From: Eledone cirrhosa
Taxonomy: Eukaryota
Direction: 5' to 3'
NCBI GenBank assembly: GCA_964016885.1
Contig: OZ024743.1
Location: 193,130,001-193,194,000 of the forward strand
Length of the DNA: 64,000 bases
Shown: piece by piece, positions 53,516-64,000 of the stretch
Layout of the letters: each line of letters begins with the position of its first letter
Position numbering within the stretch: position 1 is the first letter of the stretch
The notes under the pieces: generated by a model
Database searches by the model: none
Told to the model about the DNA's origin: nothing
Seen by the model: only the letters and a program-made list of their open reading frames with translations
Position numbers and translations under genes: made by a program

Positions 53516-53653
53516 CTGAATGTAGAGAATAGGGGAGAAAAACAGTGCCATAAGAAGCAGAAATAATAACAATAATAATAACAACAAAGAAATGAAGTTA
53601 AAAGAAAAAGTAAAATATCCAATGAAATTAGCAAAAATTCTTTGAATTTCTAC

Positions 53654-53864
53654 CTGATATAATGGTTCATGTTTTCCAGCATCAATTTGACCCTTCATAG
53701 AGGTGTTCTTGAAGTAGTATGACATCTCAATTGGTAACAGATTGCAAAGAGTGACTGGTGGGTGAAGAGTAATTGTGTGGCCAGGAATATTGTACTCTCG
53801 ACCATGTATTTGGTTTAGCTGGGTTTCTTCGGGGTATTTTCCACGTCTTACAGACACGCAGAAC
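53654..53864 (-). CDS. VPS13D: VPS13D exon (FCVSVRRGKYPE...PGHTITLHPPVTLCNLLP...PLYQ)
   Basis: aaccag acceptor, gtagaa donor; 211 nt, phase 2-0. Confidence 0.94.
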
Positions 53865-54861
53865 CTGGTTGTAGATAAAAATCAATTCCAATATCACCAC
53901 TACTACTACTACTATTACTATTATAAACAACAATAATGATGGCACAAGGCCATATGTTTGTAGGGAATGTGTTACAGATATAACTGACCTCTGGGAAATG
54001 AAAGGCAATTTTAATCCTGGTCGAATTTAACTCTTTTGCATCTACATTACTCTATATATACTATTATATTTTTGTGGTAAAGGCTTTATCTCACATAATA
54101 TCGAATCTATGAGATTTTAATATTATTTATTTTGAGGACAATACATCAGTATCAGGTTTGAACAGAAAAATGTGAGAGAATTCTGGCCAGATACGGCCGG
54201 TTTAAATGCTAAAGTATTAAACATAAATTTGAAATTTTTTTTCTCACAAGAGACAATATTGTACACACATCAGGCATATGGAGGAGCAGTAAATAAATAA
54301 ACGTCATCCTTTGCACTAGTAATGTCAAATACAAAGCCAGAGACAGAAACGAATACACACATATTGTTGTCCTTTGAAAGAGTCATACTGACAATCAAAA
54401 ACACACACACTAATTGTATTTCACTTCAGTATTTTTAATCAATTATATAACTAGTTCATGACAGTCTGTGACCTTACTGATTAGTATGTGCTCTCATGTG
54501 ACTCCTTGTTCACATTTATTTCATACTTTCTGCTCACCTGTTCATTTTGTAATATGTGGTATGTACCTGTCATACCTCAGAGTTTTATTGCCTTTGCTTG
54601 TCTTTCATTTATTTATCTATTTTTCTGTAGCAAAAGATTGCAAATGGTTGCTCACAAATTTCTTCCAGATTAGCCATCATCTTAAACTAATATAACAAAG
54701 CTTTTCCAATTTAAGAGATATTGCAACAATATATATATATATATATCAGATAGGGTGTGGTAAAAACCAGTGTACTTGATACTTAGAGTAGTAGAGTGGG
54801 TAATAGGAAAAGATTCAGGACTCCGATGGCTGAGCTCCGGCCATTGAGGTCCTGAATCTTT

Positions 54862-54899
<38 letters not shown>

Positions 54900-55045
54900 T
54901 GATTTTATGTCCACTTTTCATGTTGGCATTGGTTGGACGGATTGTTTTGAGACATTGTCTTACAGCTGGATGCCCTTCCTGACAAAAACCTTTTTAGTCA
55001 CCCCCTCACGATACACATGGCAATTAGATGTGTATATATATATAT

Positions 55046-55381
55046 ATCATCATCATTTCATTTTACGTCCGCTTTTTCCCTGCTTGCAAGGGTGGGACGG
55101 GAACTGATTTTGGCTTGATTTCTACAGCTGGATGCCCTTCCTAACACCAACCTCTTTTACAGTGAGTGCTGGGTGCTTTTTTGCCGTGGCACCTCCACGA
55201 CCACTTTGCAGTGGAATGATAGGGACCCCAGTCCCTATCATCTCATTTCTACAGCTGAGTAAACTGGAGCAATGTGAAATAAAGTGTCTTGCTCAAGGAA
55301 ACAACACATCACTCGGTCTGAGAGTTGAACTCACAACCTTTCGATTGCAAGGCCAATGCTCTAACCACTAAGCCATGTGCC
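55046..55381 (-). mobile_element. CORE-type tRNA SINE inserted in (TA)n, ~30 nt from an exon donor
   Basis: Reverse-complement match to 3390-3725; TA runs on both sides. Confidence 0.85.
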
Positions 55382-55412
55382 TCCATATATATAAAATTAA
55401 TTAATTAATTAC

Positions 55413-55629
55413 CTGAAACACTCTTTATTTGGTTTCATAGGTCGGCAGACCCGATGGTAATCAATGACTTCATCCATCTTACGAACTCTGTCCCAATATA
55501 ATGGTTCACCACATTCTTCAACAGGAAGATCAAATGGGCGAGCACAAAGGGAAGCAGAAGTGTAAAGAATGGGCACAGGAGATTGGCTATTTGGCTCAAT
55601 TAATTGCTTCTCTTTCAACATAGTACATC
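55413..55629 (-). CDS. VPS13D: VPS13D exon (GCTMLKEKQLIEP...PNKECFR)
   Basis: attcag acceptor, gtaatt donor; 217 nt, phase 1-2, consistent with both neighbours. Confidence 0.9.
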
Positions 55630-55993
55630 CTGAATGAGAGAAATAGAAAATAAATTAAATTTATTAAAAAGATTATTCAAAATTATTATGAAAAATCAGA
55701 AAGTCTCATTACATCTAGCAAAGTTGACTAATTGCAGTTTTAAATATTCCAATAAGTTCGGATATTCTCCACAGTGAGAAATCTCAGCTTATCAAGGAAC
55801 TTCTCAATCAAGAAAAAATTCTTTCGAGTAATACACTACCAGCGATAATTTCGAATGGGAGAAATATTATGTGATTTACGGTCAATAGAAGAGTAGCAGC
55901 AGGTGGACAATGGCAAGTAACAGGACTGCCAGAAGAAGCAGTCCGTTTCAGCCAGCTTTTTTACTCAACTACAAGCGAGCAATTGACAAATTT

Positions 55994-56024
<31 letters not shown>

Positions 56025-56404
56025 CATCATCATCAACGTTTAACATCCGTGTTCCACGCTTGCCTGGGTTTGGACGGGGGTTTTCCCACTTGAGGCAAGA
56101 GTGATTGTCTTGCTCGCATAGGACTGTCTGGCAGGTTTTCTACAGTTGGATGCCCTTCCTAACACCAACCACATTTACAGTGTGGGTCTGGGAGGTTTTT
56201 ACCGTGTTGCCTACACGGCCACATTACAGCGTGGACTGTGTTTTTTTGTCGTGACACCTACACAATCTCATTTGTTTCGGCCTGGATGGTGTGGCACCAA
56301 CATAACTTTACATAGAAGGGGCGGTGTGGATGGGGTGGGGGTGGTGGGACGGGGGTGTATTTTGTTAGAGATGCCTACTGACTGTAGTAGGTTTTACTTT
56401 GTAT

Positions 56405-59400
56405 TTAGGTAAGGCGAGTCTTCTCTATTACTGAGTACCGCCAAAGGTCTCGGTCCAGTGACATTGTCTTGGTGAGGTGTAAGTGTGTGAGGTCGGAGTT
56501 TATCAGCTCGTCCCAGGTTTTTCTGGGTCTGCCTATTCCGTGGCTACCGTCTATCTTTATTGCCCTGCACTTTGTTATACAGCTATTGTCCTTCATGCGC
56601 ATCATGTGACCATACCAACGTAGCCTTCTCCCTAGTAAACAACATCTGATCCCTCTTATTTCTAATTTTTTCTTTAGTTCGTTTATGCTTTGTCGTTCAC
56701 GTATATTACTATTACACATCCAGCGGATCATGCAAGCTTCGTTTCTCTCTAGTCTGCGTATATCCTCTGCACACAATGCCCAGGTCTCACTGCCATGCAA
56801 CATTGCTGTTCGTATGCAGGCATCGTACAACCTGCCTTTCATTTTTAGGGAGAACCCTTTAGCGGCTAATAGTGGTATAAGCTCTCTGAACTTTTTCCAC
56901 CCAGTTCTGACTCTAGCTACTGTACTTTCAGAGCACCCTCCCCCACTGCTGATTTTGTCACCCAGGTAACGGAAGCTGTCCACTATTTCTATAGAACCCT
57001 CTGCGCAGTTGAAAGAGCTAGTATTTTGTGGGCACTTGCTGCTACTTATTGCCCCAGAACACCGGCCACATGTAAAATCTATGTTCTTAGTTAGCTTACC
57101 TGTGATCCCACTACATCTTTTATGCACCCAAACTTTGCATTTGGGACACAAAATGGAATTTCTACCTACGCCTTTCCTATACTCTGCGCATGGCCACTTC
57201 CCGGAGGGGACCGCCGCCTTATTTTCTTTCTCACAAACTAGAACTTTAGTCTTAGCCAGGTTAATTTTAAGGCCTTTTGATTCTAGGCCGTGCTTCCATG
57301 TTTGGAATTTCTTCTCTAGCTCGGCCATTGATTCAGCTATGAGCGTTAGGTCATCTGCGTATAGGAGTTCCCATGGGCAGCCGGTCTTGAACTCCACTGT
57401 TATAGCCTGGAGGGCGATAATAAATAGTAGGGGACTAAGAACAGAGCCCTGATGAACACCAACTTTTACACTAAACTCTTCACTATATTCGTTGTTAATT
57501 CTAACCTTGCTGACTGTTTCTTTATACATGGTTTGTATAGCTCTCACAAGCCATTCATCAACACCTAGTTTTCTAAGAGCCCACCAGATAATGGAACGGG
57601 GGACTCTGTCAAAGGCCTTCTCCAAGTCGACAAAAGCTAAGTATAGGGGTTTACTTTTAGCTAGGTACTTCTCCTGTAGTTGTTGTACAATGAAAAGAGC
57701 GTCTGTGGTACTTTTTCCTGACACAAACCCGAACTGCATTTCATCTAGATCAATTCGCTCTCTGATTAGTTGCGCTATTACTTTTTCCGTGACCTTCATG
57801 ACCTGGTCGATTAATTTAATGCCTCTATAGTTACTCCTATCTAGGGCATCTCCTTTACCCTTATAACAGTTAACGATGATGCTGCTACGCCAGTCCTTCG
57901 GAACAACCCCATTCTGTATGACTTGGTTGACTATCCGGGTAACCATGGTGTGTCCCACCGTACCAGATGCCTTCAGCATCTCGGCAACTATTTCCGAAGG
58001 CCCAGCCGCCTTGCCTGTCTTCATATCTTTGATTGCCTTACTTATTATACTACCCTCGACTAACACTGCTGGTCCCTCTATTGGGTCGATGTGGGGGAGA
58101 CTGTCTTTCTCCCATTTATTCTCCTCATTTAGTAGCCTTTCATAGTGACACTTCCAAGCTACCTTCTTATCGGCGTCGGTGATGGCAAGTATGCCGTCAT
58201 CGTTAAGTACACACTTCTCCCCGACAATATCACTGTTTTCCTTGACACATTGCCTAGCAATCCTGAACACCTCACGTTTTTGGTCCTCACGTTGTAGAAC
58301 ATGCTTGAACTTTCTTTCCTCTGCTTCCCTTCTTGCGAAGTACACTTGTCTCCTAGCTTCCCTCCTGGCCACTTGATAGTCTTCTCTGCTTCCCCCATCC
58401 CGCCATACTTTCCAAGCCTGCTTTTTGGCCTTAATTGACCCCTCCACCTTACTGTTCCACCACCATGTTACTCTCCTCCTGCCTACAGGCCTGCTCCAGC
58501 CACAGACTTCGTCTGCCGCCATCAGCAGGTTTGCTTTCAGGAATTCCCACTGTTCCTCTACCGTGTACGTCTCTAATTGCTCTTCCTTACTGTTGAAAGC
58601 ATCAAGTAATATGCTTTGGAATTTATTTTTGGCTGTGGGGTCCTTTAGCTTCCATATTTTTCTCCTGACGATAGTCCTCTTCTGTTGTCTAGTACGTCTC
58701 GTCTTGACTATTAGGTCGCTAATTATCAGTCTATGTTGGGAGGTGCATTCTTCATGGGGGAGGGATTTAGTGTTTACGACAGTCACTTTGTCACATCTTC
58801 TGGTAAGGATATAATCTACCTGGCTGGTATGTTCCCCTGATCTGTAGGTGATCAAGTGATTGTCTCGTTTTTTGAAGTTAGTGTTGCAGATAGTTAGGTT
58901 ATTTGCGTCGCAGAATTCCAGGATTCTGGAGCCTTCCTCATTTCTAGTACCAAACCCATAGCCTCCATGGATTTCGTTGTAGCCGTCACAATGTTGTCCA
59001 ACGTGACCGTTTAGGTCGCCTGCAATAATTATATAGTCACTGTCGGTTATTTGGGAGGTAGTGAGCATCAGTGTCTCATAGAATCTGTCTTTTATAGTGC
59101 TGGGCAGTCCGGATTGGGGTGCGTACGCGGATATTACTGTCACCGTAGTTCTATTGAGGACAAGTCTTATTTTAATTATTCTGTCGTTCACTCTATTTAC
59201 GTCTATTATCTTATCTGCCCACTTTTCTGCTACCATGATTCCTACTCCACCCAGCCCATTGTCGTTTCCCACCCAGAAAAGCTTATAGCATCGTTTTCTA
59301 CCCACAATGAATCTAGCAGATCCACCCCTCCACCTGGTCTCTTGAATACAACAAACATCGACCTCCTTACGTTCAAGCATTTCTACAACCTCGTTAGAGC

Positions 59401-59635
59401 GACCCTTTAAGGTGCCTACATTCAAGGTACCAAATCTGAAGTTTTGGATTGCGTTTGGGGGGTGGGAAAGGTGGGGAGCGGGGGGAGATGGGGTTATGTT
59501 AGCCATCCGCGGCCGAAACAAAGAGGCATGCTCGCATTCTCGTCCACGAGGTGTGTTTGTCTTTAACTTTGGCATTGTCGCTGAGCGTCCAGATTTTTCT
59601 CTCTTCAACTCTCCGGAACTCCGTAGTCCTTCCAT
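56405..59635 (-). CDS. RTE ORF, 1076 aa: APE endonuclease plus reverse transcriptase with an inserted PHD-type finger
   Basis: TLNVGTL, IQETRW, SAYAPQ, GDLNGH, VDYIL, SQHRL; NYRGIKL, QFGF, FVDLEKAFD, GVHQGSVLSP, YADD, FRYLG, RLRWYGH. Confidence 0.95.
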   Translation of the reverse strand: MEGLRSSGELKREKSGRSATMPKLKTNTPRGRECEHASLFRPRMANITPSPPAPHLSHPPNAIQNFRFGTLNVGTLKGRSNEVVEMLERKEVDVCCIQETRWRGGSARFIVGRKRCYKLFWVGNDNGLGGVGIMVAEKWADKIIDVNRVNDRIIKIRLVLNRTTVTVISAYAPQSGLPSTIKDRFYETLMLTTSQITDSDYIIIAGDLNGHVGQHCDGYNEIHGGYGFGTRNEEGSRILEFCDANNLTICNTNFKKRDNHLITYRSGEHTSQVDYILTRRCDKVTVVNTKSLPHEECTSQHRLIISDLIVKTRRTRQQKRTIVRRKIWKLKDPTAKNKFQSILLDAFNSKEEQLETYTVEEQWEFLKANLLMAADEVCGWSRPVGRRRVTWWWNSKVEGSIKAKKQAWKVWRDGGSREDYQVARREARRQVYFARREAEERKFKHVLQREDQKREVFRIARQCVKENSDIVGEKCVLNDDGILAITDADKKVAWKCHYERLLNEENKWEKDSLPHIDPIEGPAVLVEGSIISKAIKDMKTGKAAGPSEIVAEMLKASGTVGHTMVTRIVNQVIQNGVVPKDWRSSIIVNCYKGKGDALDRSNYRGIKLIDQVMKVTEKVIAQLIRERIDLDEMQFGFVSGKSTTDALFIVQQLQEKYLAKSKPLYLAFVDLEKAFDRVPRSIIWWALRKLGVDEWLVRAIQTMYKETVSKVRINNEYSEEFSVKVGVHQGSVLSPLLFIIALQAITVEFKTGCPWELLYADDLTLIAESMAELEKKFQTWKHGLESKGLKINLAKTKVLVCEKENKAAVPSGKWPCAEYRKGVGRNSILCPKCKVWVHKRCSGITGKLTKNIDFTCGRCSGAISSSKCPQNTSSFNCAEGSIEIVDSFRYLGDKISSGGGCSESTVARVRTGWKKFRELIPLLAAKGFSLKMKGRLYDACIRTAMLHGSETWALCAEDIRRLERNEACMIRWMCNSNIRERQSINELKKKLEIRGIRCCLLGRRLRWYGHMMRMKDNSCITKCRAIKIDGSHGIGRPRKTWDELINSDLTHLHLTKTMSLDRDLWRYSVIEKTRLT

Positions 59636-59737
59636 CCTACATATCGACGGCGACCAGGTAAGCGATAGTATAGGCCTCTGGCTTATGATTGGTCCACGTA
59701 ATAATAATGGTGGTACGTGGGGGCGGGAGGGGTGTTG

Positions 59738-60489
59738 AGTTGTTAGCGAGAAGGATAGGTTTAAGTGAGATCCCCGTATTTAACGAACGTAAACAAAAAT
59801 ACAAGATTTATTTAGTAAAATACGCCAAAAACTTTCGTATTTTACAAGCATGACAAAAATACAAGAAATTTGTTTTGGAAAATACAGGGGGAAATAGGAT
59901 GGAGTGAAACAAGAATTGGAAAGAGGATAGAAAAAATGCTATTGGAAGGACTATGGAATTAGGCGGAAGTTGGAAAAGGTAGAAAAATGAGTACATTACA
60001 TTATACCATGAATGAAATTCAGCCACAAGTTTGGCGAAAGTGAATTACTTTGTCTTATATATGTATATGGGTAGAGAGAGAGAGGGGGGGGGGGTGATTT
60101 GACCGCATGTTGTAGAGTGTGGTGGAGGGGGAGAAGATATTAAGGAGCGGGAATTAAGAGTTTGAAATAATAACAAATATATTTAAAATATTGTTAAGAG
60201 TTTGAAGTAACAAATATATTTAAAATATTTGTATATGAGAAGAATAGGTTTAGTTGTTAGCGAGAAGGATAGGTTTAAGTGAGATCCCCGTATTTAACGA
60301 ACGTAAACAAAAATACAAGATTTGTTTAGTAAAATACGCCAAAAACTTCCGTATTTTACAAGCATGACAAAAATACAAGAGATTTGTTTTGGAAAATACA
60401 GGGGGAAATAGGATGGAGTGAAACAAGAATTGGAAAGAGGATAGAAAAAATGCTATTGGAAGGACTATGGAATTAGGCAGAAGTTGGAA
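59738..60489. repeat. 238-bp direct repeat (59738-59975 and 60252-60489) at the RTE 5' end
   Basis: Four transitions seen between the copies; 276-bp spacer. Confidence 0.92.
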
Positions 60490-61093
60490 TATATATATAT
60501 ATACACACACACATAAGTATAGACATACTTCAATGTCCCAACTGCAGTTTCACTGAGTAATTGCAGTTTTGAATATTCCAATAGGAACAATCAGTTGGGA
60601 CATTGAAGTAAATTGGTAAATTTTTCTTTATCTTGTTTACTTTTCCAACATATTTTATTATGCTCTGATCAATTGATTTTTTATTAATTCACTCATTGAG
60701 CAAAACTGGTAATTGTTGGACATCCTCATATGTATCTCTCTCACTCACTTTCTCTCTCTATATATATATAGATATATATATGTATGTACACACATACAGC
60801 AAATGGCAGTGGATTCAAAGTTTCAGTTTGGTCACTTCATTTAGTTATAAGATGAAGTGACTAAGCTAAAACTTTGAAGTCATTGTCACTTTTCTACTAA
60901 GAAAAAATTTACATTCTATCCACAAATATTGCATGTTCATTAAGTTAATGTTTTATTGTTTTAAGTACTATGGTAATTTAAACACCCATTCTAATATGTA
61001 CACACACCACACACACACATATAATGGTTTGGGCATGACAGTTCAGAAACAAAAAAAAAATCAAGTGTAAATATAAAAAGGGCCAGATCTTAC

Positions 61094-61244
61094 CTAGTCC
61101 AGAAAAAGGGTACATAACAACCTCAACAGGCATGTGCAATTTATTGACAATTGTCAAGGCTGATCTTACAGTGATCATCTTGCGTGCACTTCCTTCCTGT
61201 GTGACGTCAAATACAAAACGAGCAACTTGCTGCCGCATTGTTTG
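61094..61244 (-). CDS. VPS13D: VPS13D exon (QTMRQQVARFVFDVTQEGSARKMITVRSAL...PFSGL)
   Basis: gttttag acceptor, gtaaga donor; 151 nt, phase 0-1. Confidence 0.95.
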
Positions 61245-62889
61245 CTAAAACAGATATTAGATTGAACACAGATTTATTAAGAGAACAAGAGAACATAGCA
61301 CAATGGTCAGGAACAATTAGTTAAAACACACAACAACTGACTACTTAGATAAACTGATACTACAATACACAGTAAAATTAACTGTTAATATCCTGTACCA
61401 TATGAAACTGCATTAGCAAAAGATTCTTGAAAGATATAATGAAGTACTATAAATGCATCACATTAACCCTTTAGTATTTACATTACGCTGTATATACTAT
61501 TTTATTTTCCTGATAAAGGCTTTACCTCATATAATTATCTCACACAATAACAAATCTATGAGATTTTGATATTTATTTTGAGAACAATACCTTAACATAA
61601 GTATAAGTGGCCAGTTACAGCTGGTTTGAACAGAAAGAGGTGAGAGAATTCTGGCTGGATATGGCCAGTTTAAATGTTAAGAATTGAAGTCTTTATTTAA
61701 GTTTGTACTGCAAATTTTCACAACAATCTGTCTACAAGTAAAGATACTATAAACATTTGAATTAACAAACTTATCTTTAGACATTTTGTACTTAACCTTT
61801 GCAGGATGTTAAAAGTTAAGGAAGCAAATAAGTAATTAGCACTAAATAACAACAAAATATTGGATTATCAGGATTTGTTAACAGTGAAAGACAGCTGAGA
61901 TATATTTAAAATAGTTGTGGTAGGTAATAGAAAGTGCATCCAGCCACAGAAACCTACCAAACAAAGAGTCAGGAGGAGGACACTTCAGCAGTGTCATACC
62001 AACCTCTCTAGTGCTAGTGCCACGATAGAATGCACCTAGTACAGCACGAGAACATATGTGAGATGCAAGCTGCTGGCTTGTATCAGCACTCAGTAGAGTG
62101 CAGGACTGTATGCATGCGAAATGCAGGCCCCTGGCCCACCTGAGAGGTCAGTAGCTCCGCTTGTGTACTGTCTCGATCAGTGACAACACATCTTACGCTT
62201 GCCAGCAAGGAAAACGAGTATATGATGATGATGAGGTACATTTCCCTCATTCATTTAAATATTATCAATTTAATTGCACTATACAAATTCAATAGTGATA
62301 TTTGATTTAATCAATTATGTAAACTGTTACTAACACATTCCATTCATTCTCATACCCCCCCCCCCCCCACCCACACACACACAAAAAACAAAACAAAACA
62401 AAAAAAACTATAGATAACTCATCATGGTATTCTCTATCACAAATATAGATGATGATGGATTCAGCAACTTATAGCCTGTCTCAAAACAGGTAAATGAGTG
62501 AAGGTAAAAAAATAAGAGCACAGAACAAAAGCTCTATCACAGATAACTATAAAAACTGTAAATTTCAAATGGACTGTCTTGCTAACATATTTCAGATACA
62601 AATAGCACAAAATCAGTCATAAGCAGCCAAATGCAGTGGTTCATGCCACTTATTATTTTTAAATTCTGATTTCAATCATTTGACTGTGACCATGCAGAGA
62701 CACTGGCTTCAAGGACTCACAAATTACATTTGACTCCATTACTTTTGTACTTATTTCATCAACCATGAAAAAAAGGGTGCAAAAGGGCATACAGACATAT
62801 ATATATTTATAAATAAATAAATATTGTTGTCTCTATTCCATTAGTTTTTCCAATTGCTAATACCATCTATCGGTAGCAACTCCAGGTAG

Positions 62890-63008
62890 AAGGAGCAATG
62901 TGAAATAAAGTGTCTTCCCCAAGACATAACGCATCACCCCCGTCTGAGAATTGAACTCACAACCTCATGACTGCAAATCTAATTCTCTTACCACTCAGTC
63001 ATGCGCCT
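62890..63008 (-). mobile_element. Degenerate CORE-type SINE 5' half
   Basis: ggagcaatgtgaaataaagtgtctt...ttgaactcacaacc matches 55266-55380. Confidence 0.65.
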
Positions 63009-63469
63009 TCACATACAGACATAAGTATTAGTAAATGTGAGAATAAGTATTCAATACTATAGTAGAGATGAATAGTTTATTAAGGCCTGATCCAAGTGGC
63101 TTGTTTCTCTGAAGTTTCTCCTGCATGTTGCAGGTTCCTCAGTCAGTTAAAGACTGGATACAATGAATATAAAGTATGTTGTCTTTTCCATCACATATTG
63201 TACCGACCATGAATTTTTAACATTAAACGAAATTAAAGTTTAATGTTAGCAGCACAACAAAAACATGTTAAAAATATGCTTGATTGATTGGCACTTGGCA
63301 GTCTAATAGAATGCTCCACTTTAGAGATGCAACGCATTGTTATATTTTTCTGGAGGTTAATTACATCCCTATGGAGAAGGGATGATTGAAGGGTTTAGTG
63401 AGGACTAGCAGTATTTAAAAGAGGATGGGTCACTGCCAAAACTGATAGCCTTTTTAGGTTGGAAAGAAA

Positions 63470-63655
63470 TAATTGTTTCTACTTTTTGGCACAAGGCCAG
63501 CAATTACCCAGTGCATTACTGGTACTTTATTTTATCGACCCCGTAAGGATGAAAGGCAAATTTAACCTCGGCGGGATTCAAACTCAGAATGGCAAGGGCC
63601 GTAACTATGCGCCAAAGCATGGAGTCCGACCTCTACTGATACTGCCAATCCACCA
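63470..63655 (-). mobile_element. tRNA-derived SINE, family 2
   Basis: Reverse-complement match to 45420-45603. Confidence 0.75.
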
Positions 63656-64000
63656 ATGTTATAGAGACAGACTGATTATACTACAGACCCCATAAGGAAA
63701 TTTTAAAAGGGGAGAACAAGAAAACTGAGGAAGAAGACCAAAACTAGAAAGTGAAAATGATGACACATTGACTCAATGAATAGAGATTCTTTAAGGATGT
63801 AAGAATATCTTATGAAAATCTTTGAATGACAAAAGAATCATTTTTATGGGAAAAAGTGCACATACTATGTTGAACCACAAATATATATAACATAATTGTA
63901 TACTCAAAATACCATTAAGTATTTGTCTCTAAGATTGTCAAGAAGGCCGAGGGTGTCTTGGCATCACTCAGCAAGACCTTTGTTAGCCGCTCTCCAGCCA

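Larger units (their letters stand above)
56023..60489 (-). mobile_element. Apparently full-length RTE-clade LINE
   Basis: Single uninterrupted ORF, ~370-nt 3'UTR, (TGA)n tail at 56023-56034, duplicated 5' region, (TA)n on both flanks. Confidence 0.92.

Noticed and set aside
59636-59737. HDV-like ribozyme in the RTE 5'UTR
   Set aside because: Only a simple ccacgta/tacgtgg hairpin is visible; I could not build the nested double pseudoknot by eye.
56685-59738. Plus-strand ORFs over the RTE (and over 27189-28720 and 36289-39349)
   Set aside because: Antisense shadows of LINE coding sequence with no independent motifs.
61245-64000. Next upstream VPS13D exon
   Set aside because: No segment with splice sites and recognisable VPS13D sequence was found; it probably lies beyond the window.

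Overview
AT-rich, microsatellite-rich animal DNA, most likely an octopus or other coleoid cephalopod. That is inferred from the tRNA/CORE-type SINEs and the RTE/Penelope-rich repeat content and cannot be proven from the window. The window lies inside one minus-strand gene, VPS13D. I hand-spliced 18 GT-AG exons (61244 to 108; 2580 nt, 860 codons, all phases compatible) covering part of the VAB/SHR-BD repeats, the ricin-B-like segment and the start of the VPS13 C-terminal region. The introns hold an apparently intact RTE LINE (1076-aa ORF with a PHD-type finger inside the RT and a duplicated 5' end), truncated RTE copies, a CR1-group LINE with a candidate -1 frameshift between ORF1 and ORF2, and a decayed Naiad-like Penelope element flanked by two hammerhead ribozymes (one a U3-A8 core variant). 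They also hold piggyBac and Tc1/mariner relics, TTAA MITEs, two SINE families and a ~73-copy 47-bp tandem array. A frame-preserving 120-nt Cys/His-rich candidate cassette exon sits in the 32-kb intron. No prokaryotic features (operons, CRISPR, rRNA) are supported. Family assignments come from motif recognition and recall, not database searches.
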